Source: Wallemia ichthyophaga EXF-994 (taxonomy: Eukaryota; Fungi; Basidiomycota). From it: DNA of 32,000 bases. A program made the position numbers and the translations under genes. The stretch lies in the NCBI RefSeq assembly GCF_000400465.1, contig NW_008806286.1:203865-235864 (forward strand). Direction: 5' to 3'. Below the pieces are notes generated by a model. That model ran no database searches, had not been told where the DNA came from, and saw only the letters and a program-made list of their open reading frames with translations. Shown here piece after piece: positions 21,001-32,000 of this stretch (positions are counted from its first letter, which is position 1; each line of letters opens with the position of its first letter).

Positions 21001-21506
21001 GAATTATTTGGAAATAATTACAGGACAGGGTTTTTAGTTTTTATCCGGCATTACTAACCGTTATTTAAGACGTAAAAAAATTACAGCCTCTAAGGTTTTA
21101 CTCAGATTTCGAACTTCATCTCTGCCCTCAGTGTTTTACTTACGATATTTTTTTCTTATTATCAACCAGATTCGAAATCTAAATTGGAGAGTTGGTCTGA
21201 GCCGAGTTTATCTTACAAAATTTATTGTTGAGAGGTGATAGGCGAGGGCTTCCACTGATACTTATCCAAGAACCCAAATTAAGTCACCCGTGGACGCAAC
21301 GTGTCTTAACATGCAAGATACATCTTAGAAGCTTTAATTTAAAAATGCTTGAAACGTGTGAATTTCAAATTATTCTAGCTGTCAATACAGGTGAAATCTG
21401 CCGTATCTCCTTTATTGCGTGCCCAAGAGTAGTGCCGGATCATCACTTCCACATAGTTTTCAGAACTCGATATAACCCAAGAGCCCTGATTTCCACTAAA
21501 TGTTTT
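18040..21506 (-). repeat. Right arm of the 3,467-bp inverted repeat
   Basis: Reverse complement of 13422-16888. Mirrored ORFs 16269-16511(-)/18417-18659(+) are identical, and 13347-13703(-)/21225-21524(+) are identical up to the repeat edge. Confidence 0.98.
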
Positions 21507-21928
21507 ACTGCTCAATCCTTGTAACCTTGATATGTTGCCGAAGTTTTAAAGAATGTTCCAAATTTTCGCACTCGTGAGCAAATCTAATGACTTACCTAAA
21601 CTTTCTCGGTCACTTGCGAGTGTCTTCGCGGCTTTATAGCTCTGCTTCAATAGAAGCTTGCGGCCAGGCAGATGGGCCGGAGTTATTTAACGCGTCCATC
21701 GAATACGTCATCAAAGACATCTATTCAGGCTGATCGGTTAGGCTGACTTTGTGTAACGCCAACGTGATTACAAAATGTAGGCGGGATTGTTTATCGGTAT
21801 CCCTATCCAAGGTTGCACTAGACTCATAACGATCCACTAGCGAAAACATTGTTCTTTGTTATACTTCGCTTCCTGAATAATAATCGCAACAAAAGGCACC
21901 TTAGCGGAGCCTTGATCCATTCGAACGG

Positions 21929-23851
21929 ATGTACTATAGTACTAAGGTATGTTGAACATCACCTATATGCTCTACAAACTGAAACAAAATAACTAGAGTA
22001 TCAACAATGCCAAATCAAGAGCAAACACGAGCACGACGTTGGCGGATGAAATTGAGGACAAATTTGTCACGGAAAGAGATCACAATGGAGTTAATAACGG
22101 CACTCAAGAGCCGCAATCTTATTTACCGATGATTCTTGCTGAAAATATTCCATCTTACTACGAGGGCTATGGATATGAGCACATCAACAGTACAGAAACT
22201 GGAACATACTTTTCTTCACCACCAGCAAGCAGTTATCAATTTCAACAGCCTAGCATGCAAACTCATTACGAGGACGATCAAGCAACGACACGACTGGTTA
22301 GTCACGGTCCCATAGATGCAGCACTGCTTCAATACAATGACAAAAGTAATTTTGAGATCTCTCCACAAAATACTGTTGCTCTTATGGACCTTCATGGAAT
22401 TAATAATTATCAATACCCATCGCCATCACCATGTAAGTTCGCACCGAAATTAAAAGAGCTTGACGACCTGACACCACAAAGACACCAACAGGTGTGATGT
22501 GCACCAGTATCCGGCGCATTATTGTACGTGTCAGCTAAGTCGAGAAAGTTTCTTCTGAACACACAGCCTAAGGGAGTCAGACAAATGATTTAAGTCAACA
22601 GGATCTTTCAGGTGAGTCTTTGATCGTAGATCAGCGCATTATTTGAACAGTTTAGCCTATGCGATAAATGACGCTGCCTTATGTGATTATACAGGTGTAG
22701 ATCACACCTTGGCTGACGATGGAATATATAGACATATGAAACCACCTCCACAAATCTCACAATCACCTCAGTACTACTTCCAGCCTTTTTTCAATCAAGC
22801 GTACCCTGCTAGCGGTTCACAAAGAACCCCATCGATTCCATTCCGCATCTCGACTGAAACAGAGTCACCCAAAGGGGGTGTTTATAGTGCGTGAAAACTA
22901 ATCACTGTATTATAAGCTAACAAGGGCACTAGCAGTGAACAATGCTAAGATGCATGCTTCGTCATCGATTCCACAAGAGTCAGCTTCAAGAAACAACGAT
23001 GCTACTGCTAAGCCAAGCGCGACTTCATCCAGCAGTATACGTAGCGCTGAATTAAGAACAGCTTCGAGATCAACAGATTCTGTTACATCTAATTCACCAA
23101 CTTCAACCTCAGCTACAAACCTATCAACGGCCAATTCAAAGAACGGCAGGAGATCGAGAAAGTGTCCCTTTCCTGGCTGCAGTAAGGTATTCGGCTATGA
23201 AATTGACATATAAATGAGCTGACATGTTTTTAGAAGTTTGTTCGTGACTCGACACTGGATGTAAGTAGAGAATCACGATAGCGTCGTTGTTGCTGACTCA
23301 TGTGTTGAAGAGTCACTACAAATCCCACACAGTCCCGCGCCCGTACATTTGTAGTGTGTGTTCAAGGTCATTTGCACGAAAGCACGACGCAGAAAGACAT
23401 TTCCGCATGCACAATGATGATAGGTAATTACTAAAGAGCTTTTCGCAGTTGAAGTTGACCACCAAATCAGACCCTACTGCTGTCCGAACTGTGAAGCGAC
23501 ATTTCCCCGCTCAGACGCACTCAGGAGGTGAGTACGCGGTTCTAAGAAAGCAAAGCTGAATGCTGGGCATGTAGACATTGGAATTCACAGCCAAAGTGCG
23601 CTCAGAAGGCAAAAGAAGGTGCCAAAGTGGAAGAGGACGGTAAATCTAGTCAGCTTGCAAAGGGACAATCACCAAAGGCGAGGAGAATTGCAGCTAAGAA
23701 GATGTTAGATATTAGTTCAGATGAGAACGAAAACGAAGAGAGAAGTGAAGGTGATGGTGTTGGAATTGGAACGGAAAGTACACTTCCGAAAGCGTCAACG
23801 TCTTCACCACAGAAGAGATCAGCGAAGAAACGCAGAATAGAAAAGCAGTGA
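21929..23851 (+). CDS. Zinc-finger transcription factor with two C2H2 fingers and one C2HC finger; multi-exon
   Basis: Spliced fingers CPFPGCSKKFVRDSTLDSHYKSH, CSVCSRSFARKHDAERHFRMH and CPNCEATFPRSDALRRHWNSQPKC. Likely start ATG 21929 (MYYSTK|SINN, intron 21947-21996). C-terminal basic NLS-like KKRR. Confidence 0.8.
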
Positions 23852-24094
23852 TGTATGCTTGAACGATTCAGCGCAGAATAGAAAATCAATGACAATTTCT
23901 TGAATAACTACTCAACACACGGCGACCAATGACGACTATTGACAAGTCGAATTTCTTGGACAAAACATAACCTTCACGACGCTTGTATAAATTCTTGTAT
24001 TTTACAAATAATTGTTTGTACTATTGAAGTTGGGTGGGAATAGCGATACCTTGTAACTCTGTTAACGACGGCGAGGATTGTGATTTGTGAAAAT

Positions 24095-25025
24095 ATGTAA
24101 GCGGTTATCGGAAGGCATTGTTCATGTGTTTAAGCTACAACAGGTCTAGCGAAGAAATCAGCCAGTACGAATTGCAGCTTGAGCAAGTCAAGGAGACGCT
24201 TACAGCTGATCCGACAAACGCAGATCTACTTGGACTTAAGGATGAATTAATGAACATTATCGATCTACTTAAAGCAGCTTCGGCTCCTGCTCCATCCGCA
24301 TCCACCTCATCTCAAGCAGAATCATCACGCTCTAGCACTGCAATTGAGCCCGAGGCTGTTTCGTTTAAGGCAGGTGAAGACGTATTGGCAAAATATAAAG
24401 ATGGTAAATTCTACCCAGCGACAATCAAAGCCGTTTCAGGCATACATCCAAAGATAGTATACACGATCAACTTCAGAGGATATCAGGGTACAGAGCAAGT
24501 ACAGCCGAACATGATAAAAGCTATGGATGCCCATACAAAAATAAATATGACTAACAAGCGACAAAGAGATTCACAGAAATCCTTGACGTCGATTGAGGAT
24601 GATAAGGAGAAAGACAAAAAGCGTAAGAAGAACGAGAAGAAGGCGGTAGTTAGAGAGCAGAAGAATAGTGAAATGAGTAGGCCTTTGGATAATTTGGTGG
24701 TCTACCTGACTAACGCATTTTAGATGATAAGCAGAACAACTGGCAAAAGTTCGCGAAGAAGGCAAACAAGAAAGGTATACACATTGCTGGATCTGAAGGC
24801 AAAAGCATGTGAGTCGAAAGGGCTGTTTTCATTCAGATTTTGATAGAATTTCTTCTAGATTTAAAACACCCGACAATCCATACGGCAGAGGTGTGTTTGG
24901 ATTATGCGGTGTTCTAATCTAACAAACCCGATTTAGTTGGTGTTACAGGCTCAGGTAAACCGATGACCGAGCAAAAAACTGTAAGAGATAAGCACATATT
25001 CAACCAAAGCTTAGAAGATCAATGA
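24095..25025 (+). CDS. SPF30: Tudor-domain splicing factor SPF30/SMNDC1; multi-exon
   Basis: N-terminal EEISQYELQLEQVKETLTADPTNADLLGLKDEL, Tudor FKAGEDVLAKYKDGKFYPATI, C-terminal NNWQKFAKK and FKTPDNPYGRVGVTGSGKPMT. Start codon modelled as AT|G across intron 24097-24143; stop TGA 25023-25025. Confidence 0.88.
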
Positions 25026-25371
25026 ATTTGTATCGTGTACATTTGCATCTGCATCTACATTAGATCTCTCAGTTCGTATCATACAGTGTCACAATTTTAC
25101 CATGCTTCAGATTTGCCGTGTGCGTAATGCTTGCGATATACTTACAAACGAGCTTTGGTAAGCGGAATCTCAAAACGTCATTCTTCATGACGTAATCGGC
25201 CTTGGAAGGTGTGTGTAACAAATATCACGAATATCAGGAAATGTTCTTTGAAATGCATGTAGATGTAAATTACCCTGTATTCAATAGCAATATGGGCGTT
25301 GAAAATTGGTCTGGTACCCAACTTACTCCAAGATTCTTAATCTTCCTCAATTACGACCACGTAATTTAAAA

Positions 25372-27226
25372 ATGGGAGCAGAATACTTTATTGGTATCGA
25401 TGTCGGTACAGGATCAGCAAGATCAGCTTTATTATCAACCAGCGGTGATATTATTGCTGAATCAACTTACAACACACATACTTGGAGAGACGCGAACGAC
25501 GCCAACATCTTTGAGCAATCATCTGCCAACATCTGGGGTAATATCAGTCAATCTGTCAGGGATGTCGTCAAACAAGCTCAAATTCCAAAAGAAGCTGTAA
25601 AGGGTATTGCTTTTGATGCTACATGCTCATTGGCAGTTACCGACCGAGACGGTAACCCAATAACTGTATCCAATAATGATAAGCTTGGTAAATCCGGCGA
25701 AAGAAACATTATCTTATGGGCAGATCATAGAGCTGAAAAGGAAGCCAACCTGATCAACTCAACAGGTGCAATGCCTTTACAATTCGTCGGTGGTACCGTA
25801 AGCTTGGAAATGGAGATACCAAAGACTTTATGGCTCAAAAACCACATGGATCCTGAAGATTTTAGAAGGTGTATGTTCTTTGATTTACCTGATTGGTTGT
25901 CATACAGAGCAACTCGCTCATTAGCAAGATCTAACAACTCACTTGGTTCTAAATTCACTTACGTAACACCTTCAATTTCTGGTGCCTATCCATCTGGATG
26001 GGATCCAAAGTTTTTGGAGCAGATTGGCCTCGGTGACCTCGTTCATCAAGACTTTATTCCAATTGGTGGTGCACCAAACAAGAACGGTCTTGTCTTAACT
26101 GGTGGATTACCTGTTGGCAAGGGTTTGACAAAGGAAGCTGCCGAGGAGTTGGGCTTAGCTGAAGGCACAGCAGTTGGAAGCTCAGTTATCGATGCCTATG
26201 CTGGATGGATTGGTACAGTTGCTGCCAAGTCGGCTAAAAAGGGCGAAGATTTACCAAAAGACGCTGTCGCCTTTGAGGAGTGTGCACACAGATTAGCTGC
26301 TTGTGCAGGTACATCCACATGTCACATTGTACAAGTGAGTGATATATTTCGATTAAAGCACCGTCTAATCAAGCTACACAAAGTCACCAGAAGGTGTATT
26401 CGTTCAAGGTGTCTGGGGACCTTACAAAAATGCAGTCTTCCCAGGCTGGTGGATGAATGAGGGAGGCCAGTCATCCACGGGACAACTTATAGATTTTATT
26501 TTGAAAACACACGTCGCTTATCCCGAATTAGAGAAGGTTGCAAATGAAAGAAAGACAAACATCTTTACCATACTCGGAGAATTATTGGAGAAAGCAAGGG
26601 TAGAAGAAGGTGTAGAGACGGTTAACCAAATAAACAGAAACATGCACTTCTACCCAGATTTGCACGGTAATAGATCACCATTGGCTGACTCAAGAATGAG
26701 AGGTATGATAACTGGGTTGGGATTAGACGGAACGTTAGGAGACTTGGCTAGAAAGTTTCAACTTACACTTGAAGCTATTGCGTTACAAACTCGTCACATA
26801 GTCGATCAAATGAATGAATCAGGACACAAGGTGAACTCAATCTATATGTCAGGTGGACAAGTAAAGAATAGGGCATTAATGCAATTAATTGCGGACGTTT
26901 GTCAAATGCCATTAATCTTACCTGCATCAGCATCTGGACCAGTCGTTGCTGGATGTGCAATCCTTGGAAGGTATGCATATGAATTATCGCAAATGAAGGA
27001 TTTCGATGAGATCGCTAAGCAACAGCAAGCGGAGCAAACTGGAGAGAATAACAAGAGAAGGTTATGGCAATTGATGACGGAAATGACAAAGCCTGGTGAA
27101 ACAATCGAACCAAACTGTCCTAAGAAGGATAGCTTGTTGCTTGGTGCAAAATACAAAATCTTCAGAGAATCGATTGACATTCAAAGAAGATGGAGAAAAG
27201 AGGTTGAAGATGCTATTAAAGAGTGA
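25372..27226 (+). CDS. FGGY-family pentulose/ribulose kinase (YDR109C-like); 2 exons
   Basis: YFIGIDVGTGSAR, GIAFDATCSL, ILWADHRA, FFDLPDWLSY, GTSTCH, EGGQSSTGQL, PDLHGNRSP and YMSGGQVKN. Intron 26335-26383. Confidence 0.93.
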
Positions 27227-27286
27227 AGGAAAAGAGTGATAAAAGTGCAATGTATATTGATAAATTGAAATGAAATAAATTGAAAG

Positions 27287-28022
27287 TTATGAAGATTCGA
27301 AGTCCTTATAATAGATGATTGCGTCGTCGTAGTATTCATTACCTTGAGTATCGAGGAGTCTACCCGCCTTTGGAACGAGACCTGCCCTTGTAAAACCAAG
27401 ACCATCCCAAATGCGTGAGCTAGCGACATTTGATTGATAAACAAGGTTGAATATGGCTGATGAGATGGGTTAAGTGATGTCTTGCTGAGTATGTTTGAGC
27501 AAACTTACAGCCTTTGTATCCCAATTTAGGACCGTAGTGTAAGTAGCTTTTTCCTAGTGTAGATCCTAATCCAAGACCTCTTTTGTGAAGATTGACAATG
27601 AAACCGGCATTGCATATCTGAATAATTGATTGAGTAAATTGCGGTGAGGTATAGCATAAAGTACACACATGATTAGATCTACCGACATAGTTTGGTTTGA
27701 CGTAGTAGCATCCACCTAAAACATGATCCCATTCATTATCGCTTATTTGGTTGATCGGCTTATCGGTAAGTAACCCGATGAAAAGGTCAGCAGTGAAAAA
27801 GTAGGAAGTAAATTGTTCTTGAGTCATAGGCTGTTCAATTGGGTATGTGCGACCTTGATCGATTATGCTATTAAACAACTGATGCAGCCTGCTTAAGAGC
27901 TGTTTTGGCGCGATTGAGGGATCATTTAAGTGATGTATGTGTAATTTCAATTGACCTGGTAAGTTCCAGGTGGTGGAATCTAACTTTGTAGATGAATTTC
28001 TTGATTCTGCTGGGTACACCAT
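27287..28022 (-). CDS. MPR1: GNAT N-acetyltransferase, Mpr1 (L-azetidine-2-carboxylate acetyltransferase)-like; at least 3 exons
   Basis: QGRTYPIE, YYVKPNYVGRSNH|ICNAGFIV, RGLGLG..LGKSYL, GYKGS|IFNLVY..N.AS.RIWDGLGF and DDAIIY; stop TAA 27287-27289. The start is uncertain (28022 or 28088). Confidence 0.8.
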
Positions 28023-28085
28023 CTGACAGTATGTTTTAAAGGTTAGTGAGGTTATCAGGGTAATAATAAGTTTAAATTTAGAGGA

Positions 28086-29464
28086 CATGTCTGGATAAAT
28101 CCCTACAAGCACGGTCAAGCTATCCGCACATTAGAAGTGCTACAGAACAGAATGCTCAGGAAGGCTCTGGGAGCAGTACAAACAACTCCATTATACATGC
28201 TCCACTTCGACACCGCAGTGTTGTCGTCAACCGAGAGGCTTCGCATGAGAAATGAATCTTACCTGTTGAGAACGCTCACTCGACCTAGCGATCACCCCGC
28301 ACACGTCATCACCGCAAGCATTCTGCGGAGGTTAAGGAAGAAGTTCGTCTCGCCCTTGAACGCAGTATTACTCGCCAAACCAATGCTCGAGGGCCTGAAG
28401 GAGATGGAAACCATAGTACCTCATCCTTTCGTGCCGTGGGTACCTGCAACACTAAGCTTTTCACATGCGAAGAATAAGGAACGAGCAAAAGCAGAGAATA
28501 CGTAATTATGCAATCAATACAATACGTCATGACCCTTCTACACAGATGGATCTCTGGCCGAGGGGCAAGTTGCGGCAGGCTATGCAGCTAAACTTCCACA
28601 CAGACGAGACTGGAATAGCTCATCTTACAAATGAGGTACTGACAGCCAATTCACAATCTACGAAGCAGAGATATTGGGAGTATATCTCGCTCTAGAATTG
28701 GTCGAAGAAGAGTTAATCCACACATCCCTACACCGCCAGTAGTCTCTATCCATAGCGACAGTCAGGCGGTTCTTTCGGCAATGGTTTAACTGCAAACAAC
28801 AAAAACAGGTCAATATTTGATAAAGCAAGTACTTGACAAAATCGATTGGATCAAACGAACAAAGAGAAAAAACCTAGTTGTCCAATTGGGCTGGATCCCA
28901 AGACATGTGGATATCTAAGTTAACGAACTAGCGGACAGAATCGCCAGCGAGGGAAGGACACGGTCAACCCACCAGACTATGTGGAGTGACCTGACACTCA
29001 AAGCTTCTTACTCAGCTATGCGACGCAGAATGCGCGAGCGGTATACAGCACCCCTAAAAGTAGAAGCCTCTATAATATCAGACATTAATGCCAACGCCGC
29101 AAAAAGTATCAGCTGGAAAGCTGACAGCAGCAAAAGAAAAACGGCCAGGGTACTCAACGAGATGCCTAGCCACCCAGCTACGCTCAGGGGATTTCTCCCA
29201 CGACCAAATCCTACCGTTTCCGTTTCCGTCTGATTGATTCACCTAAATGCAGTGCGCGTGGAACAAAGGACACCATCTCGCATAGAATTTTCATATGCAA
29301 AAGACATAATGGCCAGAATCACATTAAGAAGAAAGATTACCAAGATCGACATTCGGTTCACCTTAAGTCCAATACTCAGAAACGCACACTCTCTACAAGC
29401 CCTTTACGAGTTCTTCAAACCGCAATTGACTACATACCAAAGATACTTCGGTAGTTCGGCATAA
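28086..29464 (+). mobile_element. 5'-truncated, decayed non-LTR retrotransposon (LINE, Tad/I-like) fragment: RT thumb plus RNase H plus 3' region
   Basis: VW...LEVLQNRMLRKALGAVQTTP (post-RT region); RNase H motifs FYTDGS, IYEAEILG, IHSDSQA, WIPRH and NELADRIA; several in-frame stops and frameshifts. Confidence 0.88.
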
Positions 29465-29652
29465 GTGAGAACCACCAACAGATTAAAAATTACGACACAA
29501 GTCAAAAAATGCTTCAAGTAAATTCGGAACTCCCTTTGAATCCTCATGCTTTAAGAAGTATTATGGACGCAGTTTAAACATGTATCGTCTTGACAACATA
29601 TTCAGATTTAATCATCATAATAAAATATAATATAATTTAGTGTACAAATAAG

Positions 29653-30312
29653 CTATTGATCCATTGCGCTATCATCCTGTTCATCTTCATCATCTTGTTC
29701 CCACCAACTGACAATACCAAGACCTTGGCCATCGATTGAAGCAGTTAATCTATATGCTGTTGGTACGGCTTCCTCTTGATCATCAAGTTGCTTCTTTTTG
29801 GGTGTTGGATAGACGTTTTCAAAGTGCTCAGCTTCAACCCTGATTCTGATTTGTTCACCGATATCAATGTAAGCTCTTTGTTCAGGTGAAGAAGTGAATG
29901 GATCACCATCTTCCCAACCAGCGAGCCAAAAGAAGGTATTCTCAGCGCTATCGAATTCTGAAATTTCAGGTAACTGATTCTTAGGTATCCAGATGTCATC
30001 GAAGAAGTCTATAGATGCGATGATACCATGTTGATTTGTAGATTTAACTTTAGCAAGCAAGATTTCACCGATAAAAGGCCTAAAAACGAGTAAGTTGAAA
30101 GTAACTTTGTAGTATACGTTGCCATTAGAGTGCTGTAGGTAGCCTTGACTAGATTGAATGATAGAATGTAAAGAAATGGATAAACCGACATCTTGTAATA
30201 TTTTATTAGAATATTTAGAGTTAATGCTATCTCTAATAGCGATTGAAGGTTCTAAATTGAGATTTGAAGGGATAACAGGGATCGTGTCCTTGACTAGAGA
30301 TAAGATGAACAT
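29653..30312 (-). CDS. RPC25: RNA polymerase III subunit C25 (Rpb7-like)
   Basis: MFILSLVKD...INSKYSNKILQDVGL, VFRPFIGEIL, DFFDDIWIP and C-terminal DGQGLGIVSWW. ATG at 30312; intronless. Confidence 0.92.
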   Translation of the reverse strand: MFILSLVKDTIPVIPSNLNLEPSIAIRDSINSKYSNKILQDVGLSISLHSIIQSSQGYLQHSNGNVYYKVTFNLLVFRPFIGEILLAKVKSTNQHGIIASIDFFDDIWIPKNQLPEISEFDSAENTFFWLAGWEDGDPFTSSPEQRAYIDIGEQIRIRVEAEHFENVYPTPKKKQLDDQEEAVPTAYRLTASIDGQGLGIVSWWEQDDEDEQDDSAMDQ

Positions 30313-30323
30313 GGTAAGAGGAA

Positions 30324-30718
30324 TCAAGAAGGGTTGTTTAGTAAATTGATAAAATAATTATGAAGCTCAGATTTTATTTGAGTTGGTAGAGCGTCTGTGG
30401 GGCGATAAGTACTTGATATACTCTATAGCCCAAGCGAACCTTTAGCGTTTGAATGAATAAATTCAATCAAATTAAAAACATTTAAATTTGATTGGTTGGA
30501 TAATTTGTCTGTAAGAATGAATAAAAGGCTTTAGAATAAATAATTAACTCACTTAGAACATCACACCTGACCTGATCATTCCATCCAAATGAGTTTAGCT
30601 TGTCTTTTATAACGGATTGCAACCTGAACCACTCCCCGTTCTCGACCAATTTTCTAATTTATTGAGTAATTCGCTATAGCTAGCACAGTTGAACAAACCT
30701 TTGTATATCAACATCCAT
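30324..30718 (-). CDS. SUS1: SAGA-DUB/TREX-2 subunit Sus1 (ENY2), 86 aa; 4 exons; absent from the ORF track
   Basis: Exons 30718-30699, 30653-30553, 30508-30440 and 30394-30324 (261 nt; introns of 45, 44 and 45 nt) give MDVDIQRKLVENGEWFRLQSVIKDKLNSFGWNDQVRCDVLNKLSNQSNLNVFNLIEFIHSNAKDALPTQIKSELHNYFINLLNNPS. This matches the ENY2 pattern KLIETGERERL...KL.ECGW.DQ...VP..VK.EL. Confidence 0.85.
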
Positions 30719-30737
30719 CACGGTGAACTGACTTGAA

Positions 30738-32000
30738 ATGGAATTATTGACGAATTTAGATGAAAATTATTTATTATCAGATGATTTCAATCTATCAAAG
30801 TTCTTATTAACTAAGAATATAAATAAAATTGATGACTATGAGAAGGATCTAGTTGTGTTACAACATAATATCAGCATAAACACAGTAAATCAAATCTATA
30901 GCAATTACAATAAATTAGTAAATAGCTCAAATATATTACAAGATGATAGAGTCTACTTGGATATCCTAAACAATCACATCAATCAGTTCAAAATTAGGTT
31001 GAAAGTGGGTCGATATCGTTGGATTTATCCTTTTAAACTTTTAACATTATCTTAGTCTAAGATACACGAAATCAAATCCAACAAGTCGGATGTCGAGATG
31101 AGTCTACAACATCGTCATTCTATAAAGATTGAAATTTCGAGATTAAATAATATTATAGACTTTACTAATTACAGCAACCACATAACCACACTCATCGACT
31201 CTGTTGATCAAGATAAACCAAAACATTTGAAAAGAATTTCACTTCAATTCAATCAATTGGTCTACTTGTTCAATAAATCATCTACCTATATTCAAAGCAA
31301 CTCAACTGAAACACTAAAGTCATCCTTATTAAACAAAATCGATCTTACTTTCATCCAACTACTGTTCAACTACGATAAATCTCTAGATAACGACTTGATT
31401 GAAATTATTAGATCATATGAGATTCTAAGCTGTCTAGATAGAGCTCAATTCACTTTCAAACAATTCTCGTATAAAGTTCTAAACTCACTCGATGATTCTC
31501 ATCTCTTTAATAACATCGTTAACTTGATCAAACAAAGAATATCCCCAATCACTAACCTATTCGAATCCTGTCACAACTCTACAAAGATACGTGAATCCTT
31601 GAATCCATCAAAAACATCCATCTCAAACTCTTCTGATGATCTCATAACTGATTATGACTTTTATGAAAACACTTTATACTCTCAAATTGAACTCATCATC
31701 TTAAACAGACTCGGATTAGACTTATTCGCTGTTGGTCGACCCAACGAATTCCAACACAACTACAAATCTTTCATTTCATTCCTTCAATCAATTGAATCTT
31801 TATCCCCTTCAATCGATTCTGTTATAAAATTGAGGCAGAACGCAAGAAAAGGTTTACTACAAAGATTTCAATTGAGTAGCTACTTTCAGCTAAGATTTAA
31901 GGAGGTAGTTGGTGTCGTTGAGGGTGCTTTTCATTCTCCACTTATTTATTGTCAACCAGGTGAAAGCTACACGATTAAACAATCTGAAAGATTAGATTGG
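30738..32000 (+). CDS. COG2: Conserved oligomeric Golgi complex subunit 2 (3' end outside window)
   Basis: Intron of about 50 nt near 31006-31055, then an open frame to the window end with LKRISLQFNQLVYL and FLQSIESLSPSIDSVIKLRQ...QRFQLSSYFQLRFKEVV (COG2-type W/F.L..YFQLRF.E). Confidence 0.78.

Larger units (their letters stand above)
13422..21506. other. Candidate inverted-repeat-type regional centromere (IR arm, AT-rich core, IR arm)
   Basis: 8,085 bp with no recognisable gene in a genome with tiny intergenic gaps; architecture like K. phaffii, C. tropicalis and S. pombe centromeres. Function is inferred. Confidence 0.6.

Noticed and set aside
13422-21506. Foldback/TIR DNA transposon or integrated linear plasmid
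   Set aside because: No target-site duplication (left flank ...AACTCCC, right flank ACTGCTC...), no transposase or polymerase remnant, and no internal subrepeat arrays typical of foldback elements. Not fully excluded without a genome-wide copy search.
13422-21506. Simple fold-back sequencing chimera
   Set aside because: The arms are separated by 1.15 kb of unique DNA, differ at the inner edge, and lead into different intact genes on each side. A misassembly is less likely but still needs spanning reads to exclude.
2486-27444. Numerous 60-150 aa antisense or alternate-frame ORFs overlapping CPA1, SHMT, TPP1, AMT, the zinc-finger gene and the FGGY kinase
   Set aside because: They are shadow ORFs of real genes with no independent motifs.
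1986-28022. Nitrogen-metabolism gene cluster (CPA1, SHMT, AMT, MPR1)
   Set aside because: The genes are scattered over 26 kb among unrelated housekeeping genes; the GATA array was noticed only at AMT, and the co-occurrence is compatible with chance.
30364-30440. tRNA-like string GCTCAG...AGTTGGTAGAGCG
   Set aside because: No acceptor stem or T-arm (GTTCRA); the segment is explained as SUS1 exon 4 and intron 3 on the minus strand.

Overview
This window is eukaryotic, from a very compact, intron-containing fungal genome. Introns are mostly 44-53 nt with GT...ctaa(c/t)...AG signals, and intergenic gaps run from 6 to a few hundred bp. That style resembles the basidiomycete Wallemia, which is an inference and not a database match. 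Left gene block (167-11452): HSL-type alpha/beta hydrolase, CDC26, CPA1 with a spliced arginine-attenuator uORF, MIX14-like twin-CX9C protein, cyclin C, SHMT, a TPP1/Tpz1/Est3-like telomere protein and an ammonium transporter. Right gene block (21929-32000): C2H2 transcription factor, SPF30, FGGY kinase, Mpr1-like GNAT, a decayed LINE fragment, RPC25, a 4-exon SUS1 missing from the ORF track, and COG2 (partial). Between the blocks is an 8.1-kb region with no recognisable gene. It consists of a near-perfect 3,467-bp inverted repeat (13422-16888 / 18040-21506) around a unique 1,151-bp AT-rich core. This architecture matches the inverted-repeat centromeres of Komagataella phaffii, Candida tropicalis and S. 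pombe, and it is the strongest candidate here for an undescribed system. All coordinates, splice models and counts were worked out by hand.
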